Source: Candidatus Anderseniibacteriota bacterium (GTDB lineage: Bacteria > Patescibacteriota > Andersenbacteria > UBA10190). Taken from it: a DNA stretch of 64,000 nt. The notes beneath the pieces are model-generated. The model made no database searches. It saw only the letters and a program-made list of their open reading frames with translations, and was not told the origin of the DNA. Position numbers and translations under genes: made by a program. This document shows, in pieces, positions 20,150 to 28,954 of this stretch (positions are counted from its first letter, which is position 1; every line of letters starts with the position of its first letter). The DNA lies in assembly GCA_021414205.1 (NCBI GenBank), contig JAIOOW010000003.1, positions 195,370 through 259,369 on the forward strand. Direction: 5' to 3'.

Positions 20150-21394
20150 TTACGGTGTAAAGCACGAGTTTCCCGCAATAAAGCCGGTCGTCCAGCACAG
20201 CTGAAGGCTATATCCTCCCGATGGGCGGTTGATGTTTAGGACATCACCGACGATGTAGAGGTTCGGAAATAATTTTGATTGCATTGTTTTAAAATTCACT
20301 TCATCTAATGTAACTCCGCCGCTCGTGATGACTGCTTTATTGAGGCCCAGCAAATGCGATACGTGCATTGGCAATGCTTTTATGAGTTGTACTAATGCTT
20401 TGCGTTGTTCTTTAGAAACGTCATTACAATTTTTTTCAATATCGATACCTGCAAGTTTGTGTGCGGCACGTAGTACTGAAGCGGGGAGTAGAGTAGTCGT
20501 GATATTTTTTACTCGTTTTTTTGCTTGTTCTAAATAGATAGCTTGCAGCGCCTCATCGATTTCTTTGTGATTCATTGCGGGAAGAAGATCGAGCAGCAGC
20601 ATTACTTCTCCGTATTGCAACAATTCTCGCACTGAATTGCTTAAGTTCAATACTAATGGCCCTGTGACCCCAAAATGGGTGAATAGCATATTACCCGTTC
20701 TTGTTTCTCTCTTCGTATCATTCTGCAAAACTGATAGCTTTACATTTTGCAGGCTCACGCCTTGCAACTTCTTCGCCCAATTATCTGAAAGGGCTATTGG
20801 TACGAGTGACGGTGCAGTGCTGATTACCTTGTGCCCGATTTCAGAAAGCCATGTAAATCCGTCGCCCGTTGATCCTGTTTCCGGGTGCGATTTTCCGCCG
20901 GTAGCTAAAATATATGAAGCCGCAGACAGCACCGTGCCGTTTTGTAATTTCACCCCAGAAATATGTTTTTCAGCATCTAGAGCGAATCCTGTAACAGGAG
21001 AGTTTGCTTGAATAGTCACGTTATATTTTTTCATTTCCGCAACCAATACGTCCCATACAGATTGTGCGCTATTGCTGACAGGGAATTCTCGTCGTTCGTT
21101 CTCTGTTTTTGTTTCCATGCCTCGGTCATGAAAAAAGGCGAGAGAGCTCGTTACATTCCATTGTGTGAACGAGGTAAATAAATACTTCATACTTTCAGGG
21201 AGCTTTTTGAGGAAAAGCTTATTATCCGGCTGGTTATTGGTTACGTTGCATCGTCCGCCTCCGGTAATAAGCAGCTTTTTGCCCAAGCTGTCATTTTTTT
21301 CAAGTAGCAGCACGCGTGCTCCTTTTGAAGCAGCTTTCCCTGCAGCCATCATGCCTGCAGGCCCTCCTCCTATTACGATAACGTCGTATTCCAT
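20150..21394 (-). CDS. HI0933-like NAD(P)/FAD-dependent flavoprotein (BaiN/aminoacetone oxidase family)
   Basis: Rossmann GXGXXG (YDVIVIGGGPAGMMAA) and ITGGGRCNVTN signature. Confidence 0.8.
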   Translation of the reverse strand: MEYDVIVIGGGPAGMMAAGKAASKGARVLLLEKNDSLGKKLLITGGGRCNVTNNQPDNKLFLKKLPESMKYLFTSFTQWNVTSSLAFFHDRGMETKTENERREFPVSNSAQSVWDVLVAEMKKYNVTIQANSPVTGFALDAEKHISGVKLQNGTVLSAASYILATGGKSHPETGSTGDGFTWLSEIGHKVISTAPSLVPIALSDNWAKKLQGVSLQNVKLSVLQNDTKRETRTGNMLFTHFGVTGPLVLNLSNSVRELLQYGEVMLLLDLLPAMNHKEIDEALQAIYLEQAKKRVKNITTTLLPASVLRAAHKLAGIDIEKNCNDVSKEQRKALVQLIKALPMHVSHLLGLNKAVITSGGVTLDEVNFKTMQSKLFPNLYIVGDVLNINRPSGGYSLQLCWTTGFIAGNSCFTP

Positions 21395-21445
21395 AGATAA
21401 CAGGCTATCCTAGCACTATACCCGATTTTGAGCCATACTAATGCT

Positions 21446-22921
21446 ATGAAATTAGAAGCAGTTATCGGCCTTGAAATTCACGTACAGCTCAAAACGAAAA
21501 GCAAGATGTTTTGCTCCTGTGCGAACGTATTAGGGGATGCTGAGCCAAATACATCTATTTGCCCGATTTGTATGGGCTACCCGGGCACGTTGCCGGTGCC
21601 AAATGCCCAGGCAATACAGTGGATTCAAAAAGCGGGGGTAGCGCTCGGGTGTGAGCTTGCACAAGATAGTAAGTTTGATCGCAAGAGCTACTTCTACCCG
21701 GATTTGCCAAAAGGATACCAGATTAGCCAGTTCGATAAGCCGTTTTGTGGCAAGGGTTCTTTTCCTCTTATGGTGAATGGAGAAGAGAGGGTAATCGGCA
21801 TTACAAGGATCCACTTAGAGGAAGATGCTGCAAAGAATACGCATTCAAAAAACGGCAAAAGTACATTGGTCGATTATAATCGAGGAGGCACTCCATTGAT
21901 GGAAATTGTAACGGAGCCGGATTTTCAATCTCCTGAAGAAGCAAAAATTTTCTTGCAAGAATTACAGCGCGCAATGCGAGCGCTTGGCATATCGGACGCA
22001 GATATGGAAAAAGGGCAGATGCGTTGCGATGCCAACATATCGATGAGGATTGTTGGAGAAACAAAACTTTCTCCGAAGACAGAAATTAAAAACGTGAATT
22101 CATTCAAGTTTGTTGAAAAGGCATTGTTGTATGAGATTGATCGTCAGGCGAAATTATGGGAAGCAGGCGAGGTGCCAGGTCATGCAACGCGCGGGTGGAA
22201 TAGTGAAACAGGAAAGACAGAAGCTCAGCGGACGAAGGAAGAAGCCGCAGATTACCGGTATTTCCCAGAGCCGGATATTCCGCCATTTCATTTTACTATT
22301 GAGCAATTAGGAGAAATTAAGGCAAGCATTCCAGAGATGCCGTGGCAGGGTCGTGCGCGCTTCATGCGCGAATACGGAACAAGCGAGGCGAATGCAAATC
22401 TGCTCCTAGGTGATGAAGAGCTTGCGCATCTGTATGAAGATACGGCATCTGAAATTGCACAGGCAGATTTGGATAGAACGGATATTATTGCCGAAGAACA
22501 AGACGATTTAATGAAGCTTGCTGCGAATATTATATTAAACGACGTGCGTGCGGTACGCATGGAAACAAAAAACGAGCCATTGCGCATTACGGCAGAGAAT
22601 TTATCTGAATTAGTTGTGCTGATTCATCAAGGAAAAATCGGAAGCAATGCCGTTCGGCCGGTGCTTATTGAAATGCAAAAAACGGGCGGCGACCCTGATC
22701 CGATTATTGAAAAGTTAGGCGTAGCTCAAATGAGCGATACGAATCAATTAGATGAAGTGATTGCTCATGTTATTTCTGAAAATCCGGATGTAGTGGAAAA
22801 AATTAAAGCAGGGAAGGAAGCCGGTCTGCAATACCTGATGGGGCAAGTAATGGCGAAAACGAAAGGTTCTGCAAACCCAGGGGTAGTAATTGGGTTATTG
22901 AAAAAGGCTATATCTTCGTAA
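21446..22921 (+). CDS. gatB: Asp/Glu-tRNA amidotransferase subunit B
   Basis: MKLEAVIGLEIHVQL GatB N-terminus, C-terminal GatB/YqeY domain; ORF track starts 18 nt earlier (21428). Confidence 0.9.
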   Translation: MKLEAVIGLEIHVQLKTKSKMFCSCANVLGDAEPNTSICPICMGYPGTLPVPNAQAIQWIQKAGVALGCELAQDSKFDRKSYFYPDLPKGYQISQFDKPFCGKGSFPLMVNGEERVIGITRIHLEEDAAKNTHSKNGKSTLVDYNRGGTPLMEIVTEPDFQSPEEAKIFLQELQRAMRALGISDADMEKGQMRCDANISMRIVGETKLSPKTEIKNVNSFKFVEKALLYEIDRQAKLWEAGEVPGHATRGWNSETGKTEAQRTKEEAADYRYFPEPDIPPFHFTIEQLGEIKASIPEMPWQGRARFMREYGTSEANANLLLGDEELAHLYEDTASEIAQADLDRTDIIAEEQDDLMKLAANIILNDVRAVRMETKNEPLRITAENLSELVVLIHQGKIGSNAVRPVLIEMQKTGGDPDPIIEKLGVAQMSDTNQLDEVIAHVISENPDVVEKIKAGKEAGLQYLMGQVMAKTKGSANPGVVIGLLKKAISS

Positions 22922-22925
22922 TAGG

Positions 22926-22954
22926 TTGACAAAATACGTATTTTGCACTATGAT
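22926..22954 (+). promoter_or_regulatory. putative sigma70 promoter (TTGACA-17nt-TATGAT)
   Basis: -35 22926-22931, -10 22949-22954, upstream of 23030 ORF. Confidence 0.4.
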
Positions 22955-23029
22955 GGGCTGTTCTTTTGTTGTGTCAAAATACGGCAAAAGAAAGTAATTT
23001 CTGCACTTTAGGCAACAAGGGAGAAGATA

Positions 23030-23443
23030 ATGTCCGCATTTACTCGCAGTCCGTTTCAGGAGTTTCTTTCAGGCTTCCACCCAGGCGATAAAGAGGTGCG
23101 AATTCATGTGAAAAGGAACACATGGTCTAAGCTGTGGCACGATGGAACAGAGACTGAGGAGGTGCCAAATTCGGTGCCCTTCGGACCTAGCGGGCTCAAC
23201 CCTCATGGCGGCATCGATGTCCCCGGTATGCATGTATGGATTATGGACGTGTTCAACCCATTGTTCGAGGCAGGCTCTCGGCTGTTCCTGTGTCTGCGCG
23301 AGCTTCGCATCGAAGGCACTGATACGGTTATCCCAATTGATCAGGATCTGGATGAGCACAGTACTTGGCATGATCTCGTGTCTCAATGCTCTCGGCATCC
23401 GAACGATGGGTATGTCATGATCTACGACGTTTGTGATACGTAG
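23030..23443 (+). CDS. hypothetical protein (137 aa)
   Basis: ORF with GGGAGAAG SD; followed by two terminators. Confidence 0.5.
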   Translation: MSAFTRSPFQEFLSGFHPGDKEVRIHVKRNTWSKLWHDGTETEEVPNSVPFGPSGLNPHGGIDVPGMHVWIMDVFNPLFEAGSRLFLCLRELRIEGTDTVIPIDQDLDEHSTWHDLVSQCSRHPNDGYVMIYDVCDT

Positions 23444-23470
23444 GCCTTGTCGGCGTTTCTGTCAGCTTAA

Positions 23471-23506
23471 TCCCCAAAAGCAATGATGCTTACGGGGATT
23501 TTTTTA
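23471..23506 (+). terminator. rho-independent terminator
   Basis: CCCC..AAGCA-ATGA-TGCTT..GGGG stem then TTTTTTT. Confidence 0.5.
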
Positions 23507-23514
23507 TATATATG

Positions 23515-23565
23515 TAATAAAAAAACCGGCTTTGCGTAAAGCCGGCTGGATTGTTGGGATTTTTT
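23515..23565. terminator. bidirectional terminator between convergent genes
   Basis: A-run, perfect CCGGCTTT-GCGT-AAAGCCGG hairpin (23526-23545), T-run. Confidence 0.5.
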
Positions 23566-23569
23566 GAGT

Positions 23570-24004
23570 TTATTGTTCAAGCTCCCAGGCAATTCGGACT
23601 TCTGATGGTTGCAAGTGGTTAATAACAGTAATTAGCGATATCGGCTTGTGTCCTGTGCACCCAGAAAAAAATTTACAGGTATGCGCGATGAGCGGATATG
23701 CGATTGTTGTATAGCCGCAGTTAGATAGCGCGCTACCAGGTAGTGCTCGTTCGTAGCGGATGCCTATGACGACGCGAGTATCTTTTAGAGTAATTCGTAC
23801 TGCCTGATCGTAAGGAAGCTTTGATAACGATAAAACTTTTGCATGAACCGCATCCGCAACTTCTCGGAGGACGTGTTCGTGAATGATGCCGAGCATGGCG
23901 CCGCTCCTTTGAAAGTGCAATTGTTCAACCCTGTAAGGAGTATGGGGTATTCTTTCATGTTCGTAAACCGTACGCTTGTACGGTAAAATAATCAGATGAC
24001 ACAA
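23570..24004 (-). CDS. hypothetical protein (likely starts at internal Met, ~108 aa)
   Basis: ORF only; no confident domain call. Confidence 0.4.
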   Translation of the reverse strand: MCHLIILPYKRTVYEHERIPHTPYRVEQLHFQRSGAMLGIIHEHVLREVADAVHAKVLSLSKLPYDQAVRITLKDTRVVIGIRYERALPGSALSNCGYTTIAYPLIAHTCKFFSGCTGHKPISLITVINHLQPSEVRIAWELEQ

Positions 24005-25318
24005 CAGGAGGCTTTGGTAATCTTGAAAACAGGCGCGAATGTATTCTTAACAGGAGAGCCGGGCGCCGGAAAGACGCATACTATCAATGAATATGTTTCG
24101 TATTTGAAAAAGAGCGGTGTCGATGTCGCCATCACTGCGTCTACGGGCATCGCTGCCACGCATATCGGGGGAATGACGATTCACTCATGGAGCGGAATAG
24201 GCATTAAAAGTAGTTTGAGTAAGTATGATATTGACGCTATTGCTTCGCGCGAATATATCGTAAAGCGCATGAATCGATCTCGTGTGCTTATTATTGACGA
24301 GGTTTCTATGCTTTCCGCGGGCATGATTACTATGGTCGATGCGGTGTGCAAGGCAGTGAAAAACTCCGAAGAACCATTTGGTGGGTTGCAGATTATTTTT
24401 GTTGGAGATTTTTTTCAATTGCCGCCCGTCAGCCGTTCTGCGCAGGCAAGTCAGTTTGCCTACGATTCGCTTGCTTGGCAGCAGGCCAATCCTATCATCT
24501 GCTACCTTGCGGAACAGCATCGGCAAGATGATGCGCCGTTTTTGGAATTGTTATCTGCTATTCGCAGCAATACGTTTGATGAATTTCATGTTGAGCGCTT
24601 AGAAGCAAGGAGGGTAGAAGCGCACGCAGCTCCTGAGAACATTCCAAAATTATTTTCTCACAATGCAGATGTCGACAAGGTGAATGCGGATATTCTTGCA
24701 AGCATTCCCGGGCAGGCAAAAGATTTTCATATGTATGCAAAAGGCGCAAAAAATGTAGTCGAAAGCTTGAAGAAGGGGTGCTTATCTCCGGAAGTATTAT
24801 CACTGAAAGTCGGCGCAACGGTTATGTTTACAAAAAATAATCCGAAAGAACATTTCGTAAACGGAACGCTCGGCGTGGTTAAAGAATTCAGCAAGACAGA
24901 TGGCCATCCTGTAGTAGTTACGAAAGAAGGGAAGAAAGTTGATGTTGAAAGCATGGACTGGAGCGTCGAAGAGAACGGTCGAGTAGTAGCGAGCGTCACG
25001 CAATTGCCGCTTCGACTAGCGTGGGCGATTACGGTCCACAAAAGCCAGGGTATCAGCCTCGATTCCGCAGTGGTCGACTTGCGCCAGGTGTTCGAATTCG
25101 GCCAAGGGTATGTGGCGCTTTCACGGGTAAAGCGATTATCCGGATTGCACCTGCTCGGGTGGAATCAGAGGGCGTTTGAAGTGCACCCCAGTGTGCTTGA
25201 AAAAGATGCTGAATTTCGCGATAGCTCTCAAATTGCTGAAAATATGTTTAACGAAATGGATAGGGAAGAATTGCGCACCATGCACGACAACTTTATAAAA
25301 GTTATGGGAGGAGTATAG
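23996..25318 (+). CDS. PIF1-family 5'-3' DNA helicase (RecD-like SF1)
   Basis: Walker A GEPGAGKTH, LIIDEVSM, FGGLQIIFVGDFFQLPPV, C-terminal ITVHKSQG...ALSRV. Confidence 0.85.
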   Translation: MTQQEALVILKTGANVFLTGEPGAGKTHTINEYVSYLKKSGVDVAITASTGIAATHIGGMTIHSWSGIGIKSSLSKYDIDAIASREYIVKRMNRSRVLIIDEVSMLSAGMITMVDAVCKAVKNSEEPFGGLQIIFVGDFFQLPPVSRSAQASQFAYDSLAWQQANPIICYLAEQHRQDDAPFLELLSAIRSNTFDEFHVERLEARRVEAHAAPENIPKLFSHNADVDKVNADILASIPGQAKDFHMYAKGAKNVVESLKKGCLSPEVLSLKVGATVMFTKNNPKEHFVNGTLGVVKEFSKTDGHPVVVTKEGKKVDVESMDWSVEENGRVVASVTQLPLRLAWAITVHKSQGISLDSAVVDLRQVFEFGQGYVALSRVKRLSGLHLLGWNQRAFEVHPSVLEKDAEFRDSSQIAENMFNEMDREELRTMHDNFIKVMGGV

Positions 25319-25319
25319 T

Positions 25320-25568
25320 ATGCAGCAATGTTTTGTATATATTTTGCGATGTTCGGATAATACGCTGTATACCGGATGGACGACGGATATTGGAAAGCGT
25401 GTAGAGGCTCACAATGCAGGCAAGGGTGCAAGATATACACGAGCCCGGCTGCCCGTAACGCTGGTGCATTCCGAAAGTTTTACAACGAAAGAATTAGCGA
25501 TGAAGCGAGAGTATGAGATTAAGCAGTTGAGCAGGCTCGAAAAAGCACGATTGATAACGAAGAAATAA
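25320..25568 (+). CDS. GIY-YIG nuclease domain protein (UPF0213-like, 82 aa)
   Basis: FVYILRCSDNTLYTGWTTDIGKRVEAHN = GIY-YIG core; starts 2 nt after helicase stop. Confidence 0.8.
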   Translation: MQQCFVYILRCSDNTLYTGWTTDIGKRVEAHNAGKGARYTRARLPVTLVHSESFTTKELAMKREYEIKQLSRLEKARLITKK

Positions 25569-25618
25569 AAATCCTCGCGTGGTTTCCGCGAGGATGTTGA
25601 AGGTTTGCTTGTTGGTTG

Positions 25619-26395
25619 TTACGGCTGGGCGATTCCCGCCGGATGTATTCGCAGTTGTTCAACGAATCGATTCACGCGTTCTTGAAAATTTTCCCATGGA
25701 CATCGTGTAAATTCTTTATTGAATAACGTGTCGAACATCCGCCTCACTTTCTCCGGTTTCATCATTGCGCAGTAGCGAACCCAAAGACGAAATCGAAGCG
25801 AGCGATTTGTTGCAGCGCATAGTGCTATATCGGCATATCGATGCAGGGATTCGCGATCGATGCCGCTTTCATGTTCTGCGCTCGTGATCGTCTGGTCGAA
25901 TTTTTCGAGAATGATTTTCGCGCACGCATCGAGCCATTTTTTTGCGACGTTTTCTGAAGCGCATGTGGCGAACATTTGAACGCCTTGATCTTTGACTGTG
26001 ACCCACGCGCATGGCCAGTCTTCGCTATGTTCTGGCAAGCCTTGTTCGGCCAAGTCGATAAACGCCTTGTTTGCAAACACGACCCGCGGCCGTTCTGCTG
26101 AAGTCGGGAATGGAATGGTGGCGTTGAACATCGTGATGCTTTTGTTTTGCACGAAGCCGGCAAGTTCGTCTGGGTGGTGATGTATTGGCAACCCTTTGAT
26201 TACCGGGACATGGAAGAACCCGTCTTCTGTGTACTTGAGCACGGGCAGTGAAGTTCCGCACTCAACAAGTGGTTCGCCGTTTAAGCCAATGATTTCCATA
26301 GCATTCTGACGTGATTCGGTATGAACCCTTTGATCGATGCCGAGGACTGGGTTCGTCATTTGTGTCATACGCAAGTCTCCGTTGTAAAGAACCAA
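25619..26395 (-). CDS. hypothetical protein (258 aa)
   Basis: ORF only; slightly GC-richer than neighbours. Confidence 0.5.
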   Translation of the reverse strand: MVLYNGDLRMTQMTNPVLGIDQRVHTESRQNAMEIIGLNGEPLVECGTSLPVLKYTEDGFFHVPVIKGLPIHHHPDELAGFVQNKSITMFNATIPFPTSAERPRVVFANKAFIDLAEQGLPEHSEDWPCAWVTVKDQGVQMFATCASENVAKKWLDACAKIILEKFDQTITSAEHESGIDRESLHRYADIALCAATNRSLRFRLWVRYCAMMKPEKVRRMFDTLFNKEFTRCPWENFQERVNRFVEQLRIHPAGIAQP

Positions 26396-26463
26396 AAACT
26401 GTTCCGCGAATGCCTATTCGCAGAACTAGTAATATCATAATATGCCTAAAAAAGCAAGGGTCG

Positions 26464-27339
26464 TTATATGCAAATCCAGCCGATATCTTTTCTGCGATTC
26501 CACCACGACATTTGCCGATGCGCATAGCGAAGAGTTGCCTGGGACATGAGTGCGATTACCTCTTCTTCTGGAAGTTCGCCATCTGCGAGCATGAGTGCTT
26601 GCTTGTAGTTTATTGTTTTCAGGAGCGGAGAGGTCGGATACTTTTTGCGTAACGTTACGGCTTCATCGGCAAGGCCTTGAGAAATCATGTCGCGTGAACG
26701 GCGCTCGATGTTTTTTTGCATACTATCCCAATCTGGAAAAATGCCGATGCGCGTTGAATCGTATTGCGATTGCGCTTTGCGCAAATCTGAAAACTTTTCT
26801 CCAGTTGCTCGGATCACTTCCAGTGCGCGAATTATTCGGCGCGTATTGTGCGGTTCTATAAAATTGCACGATGCCGGATCTTGCTCTTGTAATTGCTTAT
26901 ACAACACTTCGGGAGATTCTTGTTCCAGCTTTTCTCGGTATTCTTGGTCCGGTTGTATATTAGGAATATCGTATCCGTCTAAAAGAGCATCGATGTAGAG
27001 CATTGTTCCTCCGGCGATAATTGGAGTCTGATTGTTGCATGCAATAATTTCTAACACTTGCTGCGCGTCTTTTAGCCAATCTGAAAGCGTATACGCCGCA
27101 TCTATGCGGGTAATATTCAATAAATAATGCGGAACGGAATCTATGATGTCTGGTGTTACGGCGCTATGAGGCGTATCTAGGAATGCATCGATAGGCTTTG
27201 CAGTGCCGATATTCATGCCAGCATAGGCTTGCCTCGAATCTGCTGAAATAATGGCTCCATTAAGTTGTTTTGCAAGGTTGATAGCATAGGCAGTTTTACC
27301 AGAAGCAGTTGGGCCGACAATGGTATATACGTGGTTCAT
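26464..27339 (-). CDS. miaA: tRNA dimethylallyltransferase
   Basis: VYTIVGPTASGKTAYAINLA P-loop and ADSRQAYAGMNIGTAKP MiaA signature; start trimmed to MNHVYTIVGPT. Confidence 0.85.
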   Translation of the reverse strand: MNHVYTIVGPTASGKTAYAINLAKQLNGAIISADSRQAYAGMNIGTAKPIDAFLDTPHSAVTPDIIDSVPHYLLNITRIDAAYTLSDWLKDAQQVLEIIACNNQTPIIAGGTMLYIDALLDGYDIPNIQPDQEYREKLEQESPEVLYKQLQEQDPASCNFIEPHNTRRIIRALEVIRATGEKFSDLRKAQSQYDSTRIGIFPDWDSMQKNIERRSRDMISQGLADEAVTLRKKYPTSPLLKTINYKQALMLADGELPEEEVIALMSQATLRYAHRQMSWWNRRKDIGWICI

Positions 27340-27355
27340 CTTATATACTATAAGG

Positions 27356-27859
27356 ATGATAAAGGGGATTGTATACTTGGCAGTTGCGTTGAGCGCCATT
27401 GGAATATATATGGGCGCTCTCCAGGTTACGTTTCATCCGGAAAAATTAGGAAATATCTCAGCGATTACGCAGGGAGTGGGGAGTTGGCAAGATGCTGTTG
27501 CAAAACTTCAATATTATGGAATTCTTGGAAAGAGAAGCGTTGAGAGATCTTTCGCAAGTTCCGTAGATGCGAAATTCAGTTTGGACATTACATACCTTAA
27601 AGCAGATGCGAGCAGCTTAGGTAAAGCATTGGATGCAAACGCGGGTGTGAACATTATCGTAGTAAAAGCGAAATTGTTATCAGATACGCTGAATCGAACA
27701 AAAGATGAAATGAAGGACGTATCAAAAGATGGTATTGCAAAAAATCGAGACGATGCATTGAGGGCGTTTGCGGATGCGCAGATACAGCTCGACCGATTAA
27801 AAGCAGTTGCGAATACGTATAAACAGGCGCAAGACCAGCTGGAACAATTGGCAAAATAG
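27356..27859 (+). CDS. hypothetical N-terminally anchored coiled-coil protein
   Basis: TM helix (IVYLAVALSAIGIYMGAL) then charged helical region; divergent from miaA. Confidence 0.5.
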   Translation: MIKGIVYLAVALSAIGIYMGALQVTFHPEKLGNISAITQGVGSWQDAVAKLQYYGILGKRSVERSFASSVDAKFSLDITYLKADASSLGKALDANAGVNIIVVKAKLLSDTLNRTKDEMKDVSKDGIAKNRDDALRAFADAQIQLDRLKAVANTYKQAQDQLEQLAK

Positions 27860-27912
27860 GGATATAACGAAAGAAGGGTCGTATTCTTACGTTAGCTGGA
27901 GAGGGAATCGCC

Positions 27913-28140
27913 ATGCAATTATCTCTTGATGCGAGGATAACACAGCGCCCTAGTCTTGCTCTTTCGATACAGCGATTTATGGGTATTATGAATGTCGGCC
28001 AAAGTGCGGGCCACCCCACGAAGCGCGCATGCAATTGCGGAGGAAATATCGTTGAGTTTAAACCTCGGTTACGCCTATCGTCATCGGTGGTCTATAAGTG
28101 CGACAATCCCGCTTGCGACTTCTGTGTTGGCATGATGTGA
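27913..28140 (+). CDS. hypothetical small zinc-ribbon protein (75 aa)
   Basis: CNCG...CDNPACDFC Cys pairs; GGAGAGGG SD; terminator downstream. Confidence 0.4.
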   Translation: MQLSLDARITQRPSLALSIQRFMGIMNVGQSAGHPTKRACNCGGNIVEFKPRLRLSSSVVYKCDNPACDFCVGMM

Positions 28141-28159
28141 GTTATAAAAAGCGTTGCAG

Positions 28160-28188
28160 CCGCCCGGCAGGGAAGCCGGGTTTTTTTA
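28160..28188 (+). terminator. rho-independent terminator
   Basis: CCCGGC-AGGGAA-GCCGGG hairpin then TTTTTTT. Confidence 0.5.
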
Positions 28189-28203
28189 TGCTATACTTTT
28201 ACT

Positions 28204-28953
28204 ATGAAGAAATTGCAGGGAATCGTCATAAGCGCAGTTGGGGCTGTTCTCGTTGTGGCCGTTATTATGTATGCAATTATTGCTCCAAAGGCAGTTGTGC
28301 ATGCTCCGAGCGTCGATAATCGAGAAACGGCGCTGCCGGGCAATACGGAACAAATTCTGCCGGTAGGGGCTACTGATGATTCTGTTGCCATTAAAAGTAC
28401 GCCTGTAATATCTACAGCCCCTTCCATGCAGTTTGTCGGGCCTCGGGACAATATTCCGAAAGATGCTCCGGGCGCATATGGATTTTGGTCATTTGCAATT
28501 CCTGTGAGCAATGTTATTTCTCGTTCAGGTCAGCCACTGCTATCTGAGTTCAAGTGGCTCAAAGATAATGGTTGGAAGGGCGATGTGGATTTGCGTCATG
28601 ATGGGGAATATAACGATCCCTCCGCAGATGATTCAAAGTTGCCCGGTTTTAACGAGCTTGGCTTTAACTATTTGCATCTAGATATTTTAGACGGCCATGC
28701 CCCGACAGATGACCAGGCTCAACAGTTTTTAGCGTTCGTGACAAATCCTGTAAATCAGCCGGTGCACGTACATTGCAGGGGCGGATATGGCCGAGCAGGC
28801 ACGATGACCGTATTGTATCGCTACGCAGTGCAAGGATGGCCGTTAGATAAGGCAGTTGCGGAATCGCGGTTATTCCACGGAGGAATTGCCGATGCACAAT
28901 TAAAATGGCTCACGAGTTACGCCGAAACGCACCCGGCAGGAAGCTACAAGTAA
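28204..28953 (+). CDS. N-terminally anchored protein-tyrosine/dual-specificity phosphatase-like protein (CX5R)
   Basis: N-terminal TM; VHVHCRGGYGRAGT = HCX5R(S/T) phosphatase P-loop. Confidence 0.65.
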   Translation: MKKLQGIVISAVGAVLVVAVIMYAIIAPKAVVHAPSVDNRETALPGNTEQILPVGATDDSVAIKSTPVISTAPSMQFVGPRDNIPKDAPGAYGFWSFAIPVSNVISRSGQPLLSEFKWLKDNGWKGDVDLRHDGEYNDPSADDSKLPGFNELGFNYLHLDILDGHAPTDDQAQQFLAFVTNPVNQPVHVHCRGGYGRAGTMTVLYRYAVQGWPLDKAVAESRLFHGGIADAQLKWLTSYAETHPAGSYK

Positions 28954-28954
28954 A

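Noticed and set aside
25619-26395. M15/VanX-like peptidase call for the 258-aa protein
   Set aside because: The diagnostic SxHxxGxAxD / ExxH motifs were not found, so it is left as hypothetical.
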